This document shows positions 46,729 to 56,605 of a stretch of 64,000 bases of DNA, piece by piece. Position 1 is the first letter of the stretch. Each line of letters opens with the position of its first letter. The stretch spans positions 139,628 to 203,627 of the forward strand of contig JBGSHP010000011.1 of the NCBI GenBank assembly GCA_041752195.1. Reading direction: 5' to 3'. Below the pieces are notes generated by a model that had not been told where the DNA came from, did not search any database, and worked only from the letters and a program-made list of their open reading frames with translations. Position numbers and translations under genes: made by a program. The DNA is from Candidatus Zixiibacteriota bacterium. GTDB taxonomy: Bacteria; Zixibacteria; MSB-5A5; GN15; PGXB01.

Positions 46729-48245
46729 TCCTTCAGGCGCCGCACCCCTCGGGCGCGGTGATATGTAATCCAGCCGCCGGGGGTTTTCCGGTCATTTTTC
46801 ATCGAAATCGTTATTTTCTGGCGATTCGTATAATCATACACGGCCGCGGCCAGGGCCGCCTTCAATTCCGTTTTCCCCATGACGCCGGCGAATTGTCGGT
46901 CAGGGAACTCCCGGTCGATAAAATCCGTGGCGTAACGGCCTTCCTGAAAGGCCCCATTTCTCATAACCGCAACCGCGAAACCGATCGTCGTATGCACTCC
47001 CGCGACGCGGTATTCTTCGAGCGCCCGGACGGTTCTTTCGATCGCCTGGGCTCGGGTTTCGCCCCAGACTATCATCTTGGCGATGATGGGGTCATAGTAC
47101 AGCGGTATCTCCGACCCGGCCACGACGCCCGAATCGACCCGCACTCCCGGGCCGGTCGGCACCCGGTACTGGTTTATCCGCCCGATCGACGGCATAAAAT
47201 TGTCGTGCGGATCCTCGGCATAGATGCGGCACTCGATAGCATGGCCGCGCGGACGGATATCTTCCTGTTTTATAGACAGATTTTCCCCTTCGGCGACCCG
47301 AAATTGTTCGCGCACCAAATCCACTCCGGTCACCGCCTCGGTCACCGGGTGTTCCACCTGGAGCCGGGTATTGACCTCCAGGAAATAGAAATTCAATTCC
47401 TTATCGACCAGAAATTCCACCGTCCCGGCCCCGATATACCCTGAGGCCATGACGATACTCACTGCCGCCCGCCCCATCTTTTCTCTTAATTCCGGTGTCA
47501 TGACCGGGGAGGGGGACTCTTCGATAACCTTCTGATGTCTTCTCTGGATGGAGCATTCCCGTTCGCCCAGATGGATAGCGTGGCCGTGACGGTCGGCAAA
47601 AATCTGAATCTCGATATGGCGCGGTTCCTGAAGATACTTCTCCAGAAAAACACGCCCGTCGCCGAACGCGGCTTTGGCCTCGCGCGAAGCCGATTCCACC
47701 GCCTCCGTCAGGGCCGCCTCGTCGTTGACCACTCGCATCCCTTTGCCGCCGCCCCCGGCCGCGGCCTTGATAAGAACGGGAAAACCGATCTTCTTTGCCG
47801 TCAGTTTTATCGCCGCGGGTTCGATTTTTTCAAATTCCGCACCCGGCACCACCGGCAAACCGGCTTTGACCGCCAATTTGCGGGCCTCCAGTTTGTCGCC
47901 CAATAGTGAAATCGTTTCCGCTTTGGGGCCGATGAAAATTATTCCCGCCGCCTCGCAGGCTTTAGCGAATTCGGCGTTTTCCGCCAGGAAACCGTACCCC
48001 GGATGAATCGCCTGCGCGCCGCATTTTCGGGCGATATCGATTATTTTGTCACCGCGAAGATAACTCTCTCGCGAGGGCGACGGCCCGACATGATAGACTT
48101 CGTCGGCCATGCGGGTATGAAGCGCGGTGCGGTCGCAGTCGGAAAATATTCCCACCGACGTAATCCCGGCGTCACGGCAGGCTCTTATGACCCGGATGGC
48201 GATTTCCCCCCGATTGGCGATAAGTATTTTATTCAGTTTAGCCAT
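46725..48245 (-). CDS. accC: Biotin carboxylase subunit of an acyl-CoA carboxylase (AccC/PccA biotin carboxylase domain).
   Basis: ILIANRGEIAIRVIRACRDAGI is followed by an ATP-grasp domain and a biotin carboxylase C-terminal domain. The protein is 506 aa. Confidence 0.9.
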   Translation of the reverse strand: MAKLNKILIANRGEIAIRVIRACRDAGITSVGIFSDCDRTALHTRMADEVYHVGPSPSRESYLRGDKIIDIARKCGAQAIHPGYGFLAENAEFAKACEAAGIIFIGPKAETISLLGDKLEARKLAVKAGLPVVPGAEFEKIEPAAIKLTAKKIGFPVLIKAAAGGGGKGMRVVNDEAALTEAVESASREAKAAFGDGRVFLEKYLQEPRHIEIQIFADRHGHAIHLGERECSIQRRHQKVIEESPSPVMTPELREKMGRAAVSIVMASGYIGAGTVEFLVDKELNFYFLEVNTRLQVEHPVTEAVTGVDLVREQFRVAEGENLSIKQEDIRPRGHAIECRIYAEDPHDNFMPSIGRINQYRVPTGPGVRVDSGVVAGSEIPLYYDPIIAKMIVWGETRAQAIERTVRALEEYRVAGVHTTIGFAVAVMRNGAFQEGRYATDFIDREFPDRQFAGVMGKTELKAALAAAVYDYTNRQKITISMKNDRKTPGGWITYHRARGVRRLKD

Positions 48246-48445
48246 TATTTTTCCAATTCACCCTTCAGGTCAGGCCCCTTGTCGTAGACCCTGAGCTTCG
48301 AAGGGCGGTCCTGACATCTATGCTGTTTGGCTCCCTTGCCATTTATTCACCATCATACAATATTTCACCGCTCAATCCCACCCATTGTCATCCCCGCGAA
48401 GGCGGGGATCCAGTATTTTATTACTACGCAATAATATCACTAAGT

Positions 48446-49360
48446 CTAATCATCGATAAAATAATCAGAGTCAATTCTCTTAATTTGATATACGCTAATT
48501 GTATTAACGCCAATATTGTACTCTATCATTAGGTTTGCTAGTGTTTCGCCGTCGATAAGGACTATTTTCTTGCCAATACTTTTCACATATTCATGGGCAT
48601 CCTTAGAAAATTCAGACGTTGTAATTAATATCCCTCTATTTGCCCTAACGCCATCGAGTGCTCCTGCAAAAGACTGCACCATAGGGCGGGATACATTACT
48701 GTCCCATCGTTTGGCCTGCACGTAAATTACATCTAATCCCAATTTATCTTCATTGATGACCCCGTCGATACCGCCATCATGCGAACGCCCAATTGCACTC
48801 CCGGCGTCCTTTCGGGAACCCCCATATCCCATTTTTAGCAAAAGATCTATAACCAACTTCTCAAAAAATTTAGGGGATTCATTCTTTACACGGTTTAATA
48901 ATTCGCCTATTAAATTCGATTGAATTTCGGCAAAGTTCTCTTCCAATATTTCTTCTGGCGTTTTGTCACTATTGCCTTGTGTTAATTCAATTTGCGAAGT
49001 TGTTTTCCTTTTGGTTTTAAATTCTCTAAATTCCCTGAACTCCGGGAATTTCCTCAAGTAGTTATCAGTAAACTCCGAAGGCCCTATTCTAATTTCATCT
49101 ACTCCGCGGTCTGTTATTTGAATCTTGCCTCGTTCGGGCGAGGTAAGCAAGTTGGCTTTTTTGAGAAAGGTTCTGGCCCAACCGACACGGTTATCAAATT
49201 TATATTGCTGGCCCGATGGCAGAAGTTCTTTCCGTTCTTCCTCGGTTAGTTTATGGGTTCGGCCCAATTCTTCGATTAAATCCGATATATCGTAAACTCG
49301 TCCGTCGGCCACAGCTTCGAGTAGAGGCCGCATCAATTCATTATACTTCGGTATTGACAT
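48446..49360 (-). CDS. mrr: Mrr-family type IV restriction endonuclease (Mrr_N winged helix plus Mrr_cat).
   Basis: The N-terminal Mrr_N (IPKYNELMRPLLEAV...) is followed by the C-terminal catalytic core (GGIDGVINEDKLGLDVIYVQAKRW). The gene and its flanks are clearly AT-rich compared with their roughly 57% GC neighbours. Confidence 0.85.
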   Translation of the reverse strand: MSIPKYNELMRPLLEAVADGRVYDISDLIEELGRTHKLTEEERKELLPSGQQYKFDNRVGWARTFLKKANLLTSPERGKIQITDRGVDEIRIGPSEFTDNYLRKFPEFREFREFKTKRKTTSQIELTQGNSDKTPEEILEENFAEIQSNLIGELLNRVKNESPKFFEKLVIDLLLKMGYGGSRKDAGSAIGRSHDGGIDGVINEDKLGLDVIYVQAKRWDSNVSRPMVQSFAGALDGVRANRGILITTSEFSKDAHEYVKSIGKKIVLIDGETLANLMIEYNIGVNTISVYQIKRIDSDYFIDD

Positions 49361-49374
49361 AGTTACTCCCCCCC

Positions 49375-50925
49375 TTACAACGGTATATTCCCGTGCTTTT
49401 TCGGCGGGTTCTGATCCTTCTTTGTCTCCAGCATCTGAAAGGCCCGGATCAATCTCGGCCGGGTCGTTTTCGGCTCGATCACGTCGTCAACATACCCCCG
49501 CGCCGCCGCGATAAAAGGATTGGCGAACTTTTCGCGGTACTCGTCGGTCTTATGCTCCGTCGCCTTCTCCGGATCGGCCGCTTCCGTGATTTCCTTTTTG
49601 AAAATAATTTCCACCGCTCCCTTGGGACCCATGACCGCGATTTCCGCCGTCGGCCAGGCATAGTTCATGTCCCCGCGGACATGCTTGGAGTTCATGACAT
49701 CGTACGCCCCCCCGTAAGCCTTCCGCGTGATCACCGTAATTTTCGGAACCGTCGCCTCGCAATAGGCGTAAAGCAATTTCGCCCCGTTCTTGATAATCCC
49801 CCCGTGTTCCTGGTCGGTGCCGGGCAAAAAGCCGGGGACATCCTCGAAAGTCAGCAGTGGGATATTAAAGCAATCGCAGAATCTGATAAAACGGGCCCCC
49901 TTAATGGAGGAATTTATATCCAGACAGCCCGCCAGAACCGAGGGCTGATTGGCGATTATCCCGATCGACCGCCCCCCCAGCCGCGCGAACCCGACAATGA
50001 TATTCATGGCAAAGTCGGCGTGCACTTCCAGGAATATCCCGTCGTCGACAATCAGACCTATCACGTCCTTCATATCATATGACTTATTGGGATTCTCGGG
50101 CACGATGCCGTTTAATTTGTTTTCCTGCCTGTCCCAGGCATCACTCGCCTCCACGAACGGCGCTTCCTCCAGATTATTCTGGGGGATATAACCCAACAAC
50201 TCGCGAACCCTGTGGATCGTTTCCGCCTCGTTTTCGCAGGCGAAATGCGCCACCCCGGATTTCGAGGCATGCGTCATGGCCCCGCCCAGTTCCTCGGAAG
50301 TCACCACTTCGTGCGTCACGGTCTTGACCACGTTCGGTCCGGTGACGAACATGTACGACGTATTCTTCACCATGAAAGTAAAATCCGTGATGGCAGGGCT
50401 GTAGACCGCACCCCCCGCGCAGGGCCCCAGAATTATCGATATTTGCGGCACCACGCCCGACGCCAGCGTATTGCGAAGAAAAATATCGGCGTATCCGCCC
50501 AGTGAGACCACCCCTTCCTGAATCCGGGCGCCGCCGGAATCGTTCAGGCCAATCACCGGGGCTCCGACCTTCATGGCCATATCCATGATCTTGCAAATTT
50601 TCTCGGCGTGCGCCTCGGACAACGACCCCCCGAAAACCGTAAAATCCTGCGAAAATACAAACACCTTGCGGCCGTCGATTGTCCCGCACCCGGTCACCAC
50701 CCCGTCGCCAAAGGTTTTCTTCTTCTCCAAACCGAAATCGCTCGAGCGATGCGTCATGAACATGTCGAATTCCTCGAAAGAATTCTTGTCCAAAAGTAAT
50801 TCCAGCCGCTCGCGGGCCGTCAGTTTTCCCTTTTCGTGCTGGGCGTCGATCTTATCCTGGCCACCGCCCTGGCGGGCCTCCTGACGCATCACTTCCAATC
50901 GCTTTAATCTTTCTTCCAGAGACAT
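49375..50925 (-). CDS. Acyl-CoA carboxylase carboxyltransferase subunit (propionyl-CoA carboxylase beta / methylmalonyl-CoA carboxyltransferase family).
   Basis: Both N- and C-terminal carboxyltransferase (crotonase-fold) halves are present, and [12 protein letters not shown] in the N-terminal part is typical. The protein is 516 aa. Confidence 0.9.
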   Translation of the reverse strand: MSLEERLKRLEVMRQEARQGGGQDKIDAQHEKGKLTARERLELLLDKNSFEEFDMFMTHRSSDFGLEKKKTFGDGVVTGCGTIDGRKVFVFSQDFTVFGGSLSEAHAEKICKIMDMAMKVGAPVIGLNDSGGARIQEGVVSLGGYADIFLRNTLASGVVPQISIILGPCAGGAVYSPAITDFTFMVKNTSYMFVTGPNVVKTVTHEVVTSEELGGAMTHASKSGVAHFACENEAETIHRVRELLGYIPQNNLEEAPFVEASDAWDRQENKLNGIVPENPNKSYDMKDVIGLIVDDGIFLEVHADFAMNIIVGFARLGGRSIGIIANQPSVLAGCLDINSSIKGARFIRFCDCFNIPLLTFEDVPGFLPGTDQEHGGIIKNGAKLLYAYCEATVPKITVITRKAYGGAYDVMNSKHVRGDMNYAWPTAEIAVMGPKGAVEIIFKKEITEAADPEKATEHKTDEYREKFANPFIAAARGYVDDVIEPKTTRPRLIRAFQMLETKKDQNPPKKHGNIPL

Positions 50926-50941
50926 ACTTTTTCTTCTTTGT

Positions 50942-51772
50942 TTAGGCCGGGACTGCCAGATACTGGTCGTTTTCTTTCCGGACTCTTCCGATTTTTATCC
51001 TTAAATCGTGATCGAACCCAATCAGGGAATCGCGCCGCGCCAGGCGCTCCAATAGTTTTTTCTTGACCGCCATCGTCTCCTGCGGAAATAAATCCACGGC
51101 CGCCACATAGGGTATCCTCAGATGCCACGACGATGGCACGATATCGGCATAGTACACGAACAGGGCCCCTTCCGATTCGGCCTCGATCGCCTGGTGGCCG
51201 CGGGTGTGGCCCCCGGTTTTGACGGCAAAAATTCCCGGCAGAAATTCGGCCCGCCCGTCGATCAACTTCAATTTCCCGGATTGCTCCAGAACTTCCAGCC
51301 GGTCCGGGATATATACCGCCGAAGTTCTCTCATCGGGCGTCAGGGCGTCGTCCCATTCGTCCTTTTGCACCATGTACACGGCGTTTTTGAAACGGGGGAC
51401 GGGTTGGCCGTTTTCCATTTTCACCGCGCCGCCGGCATGATCGGTGTGAAGATGCGTCAGAAAGACCACATCGATATCGTCAGGGGAGAGGCCGATTTGC
51501 TTCAGGCCGTTCTCGATATCGCTCACCCCCGAGGCCGCGTAAATTCTCTTTTCCTTTTCGGTCAGGCAATCGCCCAGACCCGTATCCAGCAGGATATTTT
51601 TGCGGTAGGCGGTCAAAACGAACAAGTTCGTTTCCATCCGGATGAGATTATTCTCATCGGCTTCCGCCAGGCGTCCCCAGATCTTCTTGGGGACAACCCC
51701 AAACATAGACCCTCCGTCGAGCCGGAAAGCCTGCTCGACGAAGGGTGTGATTTCAAAGGAACCGAAACGCAT
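50942..51772 (-). CDS. MBL-fold metallo-hydrolase.
   Basis: HxHxDH motif ([11 protein letters not shown]). Start at Met 51772 ([11 protein letters not shown]) leaves a 1-nt gap after the acyl-CoA dehydrogenase stop. The ORF-track start 51928 overlaps that gene. Confidence 0.8.
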   Translation of the reverse strand: MRFGSFEITPFVEQAFRLDGGSMFGVVPKKIWGRLAEADENNLIRMETNLFVLTAYRKNILLDTGLGDCLTEKEKRIYAASGVSDIENGLKQIGLSPDDIDVVFLTHLHTDHAGGAVKMENGQPVPRFKNAVYMVQKDEWDDALTPDERTSAVYIPDRLEVLEQSGKLKLIDGRAEFLPGIFAVKTGGHTRGHQAIEAESEGALFVYYADIVPSSWHLRIPYVAAVDLFPQETMAVKKKLLERLARRDSLIGFDHDLRIKIGRVRKENDQYLAVPA

Positions 51773-51773
51773 T

Positions 51774-52916
51774 TTAACGGAGATAGTTGTTGGCGATAAC
51801 CAGTCTTTGCACTTCGGACGTGCCTTCGTAAATTTCCGTGACGCGCTGGTCGCGGTACAATTTCTCGATGATGGAAAACTCGCCGATATAACCCGCCCCG
51901 CCATGAATCTGCACGGCCCGGTCGACACAGAAATTGGCCGCTTCGGTGCTGAATAACTTGGCCTGCGAGGCCTCCAGCGAAAACTTCTCGCCTTTATCCT
52001 GCAACACCGCCGCTTTGTACGTCATCAGGCGGGCGGCTTCCAGTTTGGTGGCCATGTCGGCAATCATCCACTGGATCGCCTGCAATTTGGCGATCGGCGC
52101 CCCGAACGCGATCCGGCTCTTGGCATGTTTGACCGATTCGTCCAAAGCCCGCGCCGCAATTCCGACACCCTGGGCGGCGACCCCGATCCGGGCCCCGTCC
52201 AGCGTGGCCATGGCATAGCGGAAACCCTTGCCGACTTCACCCATTTGATTCGCGACCGGAACCTTGTAATCCTTAATCTCGATCCGCCCCGTCGTGGCGG
52301 CCCGCATCCCCATCTTGTGCATCAGGGTGAAACCCTTCCAGCCCGGCCGGTGGGCGTCGACCAGGATCGTCGAAACCTTGGGACGATCCCCGTCTTCGCC
52401 GATGCGGCAGAACAGTACCGCGAAATCGCAGACGTCGCCGTGCATGATGTATATCTTCTCGCCGTTGATGATAAAATGATCGCCCTGCATGATGGCCACC
52501 GTTTTTTGATTGGCGGCATCGGAACCGGCTTCACGCTCGGTCAAGGCAAAGGCGGGAATAAGTTCCCCTTTGGCGCTTTTCGGCAAATACTTTTTCTTCT
52601 GCTCTTCGCTGGCAAAATGGACGATGGGCCAGACCGCCAATTGCGGTACCGCCGTCAAAAGCGAACTGGCCGGATCCCAGTACGCCAGTTCCTCGATCAT
52701 CGTCACATACTCCAGATTACTGGCCCCGCCGCCGCCGTATTCCTTGGGAAGAGCGTAGCCGAGAAATCCGGCCCCGGCCAGTTTCTTGTAGTACTCCCGC
52801 GGAAATTGTTCCGGGCGACGATCCAGTTCCTGGAATACCGGCACGATTTCCTTTTCCGCGAATGATTTCACCCACTCGCGGACGGGCTGCTGTTTCGGGT
52901 CAACATTGTAAGGCAT
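51774..52916 (-). CDS. Acyl-CoA dehydrogenase.
   Basis: ACAD N-terminal, middle and C-terminal domains are all present, including the catalytic base region YEGTSEVQRLVIA. Start 52916 has an AGGAGG Shine-Dalgarno. Confidence 0.9.
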   Translation of the reverse strand: MPYNVDPKQQPVREWVKSFAEKEIVPVFQELDRRPEQFPREYYKKLAGAGFLGYALPKEYGGGGASNLEYVTMIEELAYWDPASSLLTAVPQLAVWPIVHFASEEQKKKYLPKSAKGELIPAFALTEREAGSDAANQKTVAIMQGDHFIINGEKIYIMHGDVCDFAVLFCRIGEDGDRPKVSTILVDAHRPGWKGFTLMHKMGMRAATTGRIEIKDYKVPVANQMGEVGKGFRYAMATLDGARIGVAAQGVGIAARALDESVKHAKSRIAFGAPIAKLQAIQWMIADMATKLEAARLMTYKAAVLQDKGEKFSLEASQAKLFSTEAANFCVDRAVQIHGGAGYIGEFSIIEKLYRDQRVTEIYEGTSEVQRLVIANNYLR

Positions 52917-52975
52917 TATTCCTCCTGGACAATTTTCCGCCGCCCACACATACTCCCATGAGGGCGACCCGTATG

Positions 52976-53395
52976 TTACATAATTTTATCTGCTTTTTTC
53001 TTCTTGCCGACCGCCTCGCGAACGTAGGCAATGGTTTCTTCCGTCGTCGCCCCCGGCGTGAAAAGCCTGTTGATTCCCTGCTTTTCCAATATTTTCACTT
53101 CGTCATCGGGAATTATCCCGCCGCCGAAGAGAATGACATCCTTGATGCCCTTCTCGTCCATCAATTTCCTGATAGCCGGGAAAAGCGTCATGTGCGCCCC
53201 GGACAGAATCGACACTCCGATAGCATCGACATCTTCCTGCAACGCGGCATTGACAATCTGCTCCGGGGTTTGCCGCAAGCCGGTGTAGATTACCTCGAAA
53301 CCGGCGTCGCGGAACGCCGCCGCGATAACCTTGATCCCGCGGTCGTGGCCGTCCAGACCCGGTTTGGCCAGAAGCACTCTTATTTTTTCCGCCAT
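52976..53395 (-). CDS. Methylmalonyl-CoA mutase-family small subunit, the cobalamin-binding domain.
   Basis: The B12-binding DxHxxG motif ([10 protein letters not shown]) sits in a Rossmann-like domain. The protein is 139 aa. Confidence 0.9.
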   Translation of the reverse strand: MAEKIRVLLAKPGLDGHDRGIKVIAAAFRDAGFEVIYTGLRQTPEQIVNAALQEDVDAIGVSILSGAHMTLFPAIRKLMDEKGIKDVILFGGGIIPDDEVKILEKQGINRLFTPGATTEETIAYVREAVGKKKKADKIM

Positions 53396-53531
53396 ATCTC
53401 GCTCACTTTATGATAAATCAAATATTATTTCTGATGCTTTCCTGGGTGGCCCACCCTTCAGGGTGGGTTTACTTTTCTCCAGAACATTCATTTTTTTAAT
53501 ATCGACCCATCATTTCCCGACATCCCTTCCC

Positions 53532-55205
53532 TCAAATAATCGGCGGCTCGTGATACTCCCCGAAAACCGGAATCAGCGCCGCGCAAATCTCACCCTCGGT
53601 CGCCATCACTCGGACACAATCTAACATCGCCTTGAGCGTGTTGCCGTTCCCCTTGGCCGCCGTCACCAAATCTTCCAGCGTCCGTTTGGCCTTGTCGTTG
53701 TCGCGACGTTCGCGGACTTTTTTCACGAAAGCCGCCTGTTCGCGTTCGACTTTTTCGTCTATTTTCAAAAGCGGGATATCGATTTTCTCATCTTTCATGA
53801 CATAATCGTTTATCCCCACGATAATTCTTTCCTTGCGTTCGATTTCCAACTGGTAGCGATAGGCCGACTTGGCGATTTCCCGTTGCAGGAAACCCTCCTC
53901 GATACACTTGACCACCCCGCCCCGCTTATCAATCTCATCCAGATATGCCTCGGCGTCGTTTTCCATCTTGTCCGTGAGCGCTTCCACGAAATACGACCCG
54001 GCCAGAGGATCGATCGTGTTGATGACACCCGTCTCGTGGGCCAGGACCTGTTGCGTGCGAAGCGCGATCAGGACCGCCTTGTCCGAAGGAAGCGCCATGG
54101 TTTCATCCATGGAGTTGGTGTGAAGCGATTGCGTTCCGCCCAGAACCGCCGAGAGCGCCTCGTAAGCCGTGCGGATTATATTATTTTCCGGCTGCTGCGC
54201 CGTGAGCGAACATCCCGCCGTCTGGGTGTGGAATCGCAGAAGCCAACTCCGCTCCTCTTTGGCTTTGTATTTATCCCGCATTCTCCGCGCGAAAATCCGC
54301 CGGGCGGCCCGATACTTGGCTATTTCCTCGAAGAAATCCTGGTGGGCGTTGAAGAAAAACGATAATCTCGGTGCGAAATCATCGACATCCTGCCCCGCCT
54401 TGATAGCCGATTCGATATATGTGAATCCGTCGGCCAGGGTGAAGGCCAACTCCTGGGCCGCCGTCGCGCCGGCCTCACGAATATGATACCCCGATATCGA
54501 GATAGTATTCCACTGCGGGACATGGTCGGCGCAAAATTGCATTAAGTCCGTGATAAGGCGAACCGACGGCGCCGGGGGATATATCCATTCCTTCTGGGCG
54601 ATATATTCCTTGAGGATGTCGTTCTGAAGTGTCCCCCGCAATTTATCGAATGACACGCCCTGTTTCTCGGCTACCCCCAGATACATGGCGAATATGACCG
54701 AGGCCGGGGCATTGATCGTCATCGAGGTCGAGACCTGGCCTAAATTAATGCCGTTAAAGATGGTTTCCATATCGGCCAGGGAATCGACCGCCACCCCGCA
54801 CTTGCCGACCTCGCCCAAGGATCGGAGATGATCACTGTCAAAGCCCATCAGGGTCGGCAGATCGAATGCCACCGACAGACCGGTCTGGCCGTTTTTCAGA
54901 AGATAGTGATACCGTTCATTGGTTTGCCGGGCGTTACCCATGCCGGAAAACTGGCGCATGGTCCACAACCGGGTGCGATACATGGTGGGGTGGACCCCAC
55001 GGGTGTAGGGAAATTCGCCGGGCCAGCCCAGTTTCTGTTCGTAATCGATATTTTTTATATCTTCGGGAGTGTAGAGGTCCTTGACCTCGTCGCCCGAAAC
55101 CGTGATAAAGCGCGGCTTGGACTTGCGGCATTTGAATTCTTCGGCCTTTTTATCCCACTCTGACCGGTTTTTGGCATTCCGGGCCAGGAAATCCTTATCG
55201 AACAT
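53532..55205 (-). CDS. Methylmalonyl-CoA mutase-family large subunit, catalytic domain (paralog 2).
   Basis: [47 protein letters not shown] matches the MCM signature. It shares substantial identity with paralog 1 across the catalytic core (my estimate by eye). A GGAGA Shine-Dalgarno precedes the start. Confidence 0.9.
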   Translation of the reverse strand: MFDKDFLARNAKNRSEWDKKAEEFKCRKSKPRFITVSGDEVKDLYTPEDIKNIDYEQKLGWPGEFPYTRGVHPTMYRTRLWTMRQFSGMGNARQTNERYHYLLKNGQTGLSVAFDLPTLMGFDSDHLRSLGEVGKCGVAVDSLADMETIFNGINLGQVSTSMTINAPASVIFAMYLGVAEKQGVSFDKLRGTLQNDILKEYIAQKEWIYPPAPSVRLITDLMQFCADHVPQWNTISISGYHIREAGATAAQELAFTLADGFTYIESAIKAGQDVDDFAPRLSFFFNAHQDFFEEIAKYRAARRIFARRMRDKYKAKEERSWLLRFHTQTAGCSLTAQQPENNIIRTAYEALSAVLGGTQSLHTNSMDETMALPSDKAVLIALRTQQVLAHETGVINTIDPLAGSYFVEALTDKMENDAEAYLDEIDKRGGVVKCIEEGFLQREIAKSAYRYQLEIERKERIIVGINDYVMKDEKIDIPLLKIDEKVEREQAAFVKKVRERRDNDKAKRTLEDLVTAAKGNGNTLKAMLDCVRVMATEGEICAALIPVFGEYHEPPII

Positions 55206-55700
55206 GGTTATCTCCGGTATTGGTTAATCAATTATTTTAAACAATTTACGGCCAAAAAGCAAGGGTATTGGGGTAATTGCGCTGGACTGCAAAGTAATCG
55301 ATGCCTTAGCCGATATATTGAAACCCGATGTTCGCCATCAGGCTATAAGGCAATATTAAAACCCTGAAAATAATGTTCCGGAATCCACCCCTTCAGGGGT
55401 CGGGACTTCAATCTTATTCTTTGCCCTGGTGCCCCATCCGCCTGCGGTGGGTTATTGCCGACTTTGGAGTGCGGAAGCGCTAGCTTCCGCTCTAACACTC
55501 CATGCCTGTCCGGTGGCCGATCCCCTTTTGGGCGTCGGGAATGCAAACCTCGTGCGGGGCCGATGTCCACATCGGCCCTGTCCCTATTGGCCCATCCCCG
55601 CGCTTCGCAGGGTGGGGTTAGCACGAAATTATGCGTTTCGAAAAGACCATGAGTTTTGACCCCTTAAGAATAACAAAACGAATCCATTTTTTAATGAACT

Positions 55701-55730
55701 CAACCCCTATAATAAAAACGCCGGGCTTTT
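55701..55730 (-). terminator. Rho-independent terminator after the small lysine-rich protein gene.
   Basis: The minus-strand hairpin CGCCGGGC-caaaa-GCCCGGCG is followed by TTTTTATTAT, 24 nt after the stop. Confidence 0.7.
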
Positions 55731-55753
55731 GGCCCGGCGTGATACCGTGGACA

Positions 55754-55894
55754 TCAGGGCTTCTTGTCCCAAGGCTTTTTCTTGTCCGGATTCTTTTTAT
55801 CCGGCTGCTTTTTTCCCCATTTGTCGTCCTTGCCCGGCTTCTTACCCCATTTGTCGTCCTTACCCTGTTTGTCTTTTTTGTCGTCGAAAAGCAT
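55754..55894 (-). CDS. Small polycationic lysine-rich protein of 46 aa with KDDKWGKK repeats. It is below the ORF-track size cut-off.
   Basis: It translates as MLFDDKKDKQGKDDKWGKKPGKDDKWGKKQPDKKNPDKKKPWDKKP. A GGAGGG Shine-Dalgarno lies 4 nt upstream, 30-bp DNA repeats encode the peptide repeats, and a strong terminator follows. Confidence 0.5.
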   Translation of the reverse strand: MLFDDKKDKQGKDDKWGKKPGKDDKWGKKQPDKKNPDKKKPWDKKP

Positions 55895-55989
55895 AGCACC
55901 CTCCGTCAACTTTTGGGCAGATATTTATTATCCACCCGGTTTTTTTACTCAGCTTTTTGTGAATACTGTTAAAATCAGGGTTTTTTATT

Positions 55990-56238
55990 CTATGGCTTTT
56001 TCTTATTCGGATTATTTTTATTGGGCGACTGCTTGCCCCGGTTGTTACTTTTACCCGAATTTTGGGCGTTGCCTGACCTTTGGGAACCGCCTGACCTTGG
56101 GGCATTGCCCGACTTCTGGGTTCTGTTTGACCGCGGAGTATTACCCGATCTTTGGGTGTTGCTTGGTTTCGCTCTGCCGTCTGACCCTTGAGTATTGCCC
56201 GGTCTTTGGGTAACATTCCGATTAGATTGTATGCCCAT
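55990..56238 (-). CDS. Small basic low-complexity protein of 82 aa with hexapeptide [QP][RK]SGN[TA] repeats.
   Basis: It translates as MGIQSNRNVTQRPGNTQGSDGRAKPSNTQRSGNTPRSNRTQKSGNAPRSGGSQRSGNAQNSGKSNNRGKQSPNKNNPNKKKP. A GGAGG Shine-Dalgarno lies 5 nt upstream. The coding sequence is built from 18-bp tandem DNA repeats. Confidence 0.45.
   Translation of the reverse strand: MGIQSNRNVTQRPGNTQGSDGRAKPSNTQRSGNTPRSNRTQKSGNAPRSGGSQRSGNAQNSGKSNNRGKQSPNKNNPNKKKP
56030..56215. repeat. About nine imperfect tandem 18-bp repeats (consensus roughly CCAAAGGTCAGGCAACGC on the minus strand).
   Basis: The periodicity is visible directly (ttgcctgacctttgggaaccgcc / tgaccttggggcattgcccgac / ttctgggttctgtttgaccgcgg and so on). 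It lies within the 55990..56238 ORF. Confidence 0.6.
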
Positions 56239-56605
56239 TGGGGCCTCCAGAATTTAATGGGCAGGCAATTGCTGCCTGCCCAGTTTATAACGCCCTATTT
56301 TTTCTTCTTGGTGCCGGTCTTGCTTGTTTTCTTGGCGGGCGCTTTCTTCGTCGACTTTTTTGCCTTGGTAGCCATCTTTGACTTACACGGCATGGAAAAC
56401 CTCCATGGTTTTGTGGGCGGATGTTTTATCTCTGCCCGGTTCTATCTCCCCGGCACGATCACTATGACCATGCCCTCGGAATGCCCTTTAATTCGCGTGC
56501 CGTGTACTCCCCGATATCCTCCAAATGTGCTCCTTGAATTTTCGGGGTGTTCACACACTTACAGACAAAGTGATATGTTGAATAAAATTATGCAAGGGAA
56601 ATTTA

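Noticed and set aside
55206-55700. Possible cobalamin riboswitch, SRP RNA or tmRNA in the structured region near the B12-dependent mutase.
   Set aside because: I could not find the B12-box GCCACUG with its flanking conserved blocks, the SRP domain-IV motif, or a tmRNA T-arm/tag frame on either strand. The identity is left open and reported only as an unclassified structured region.
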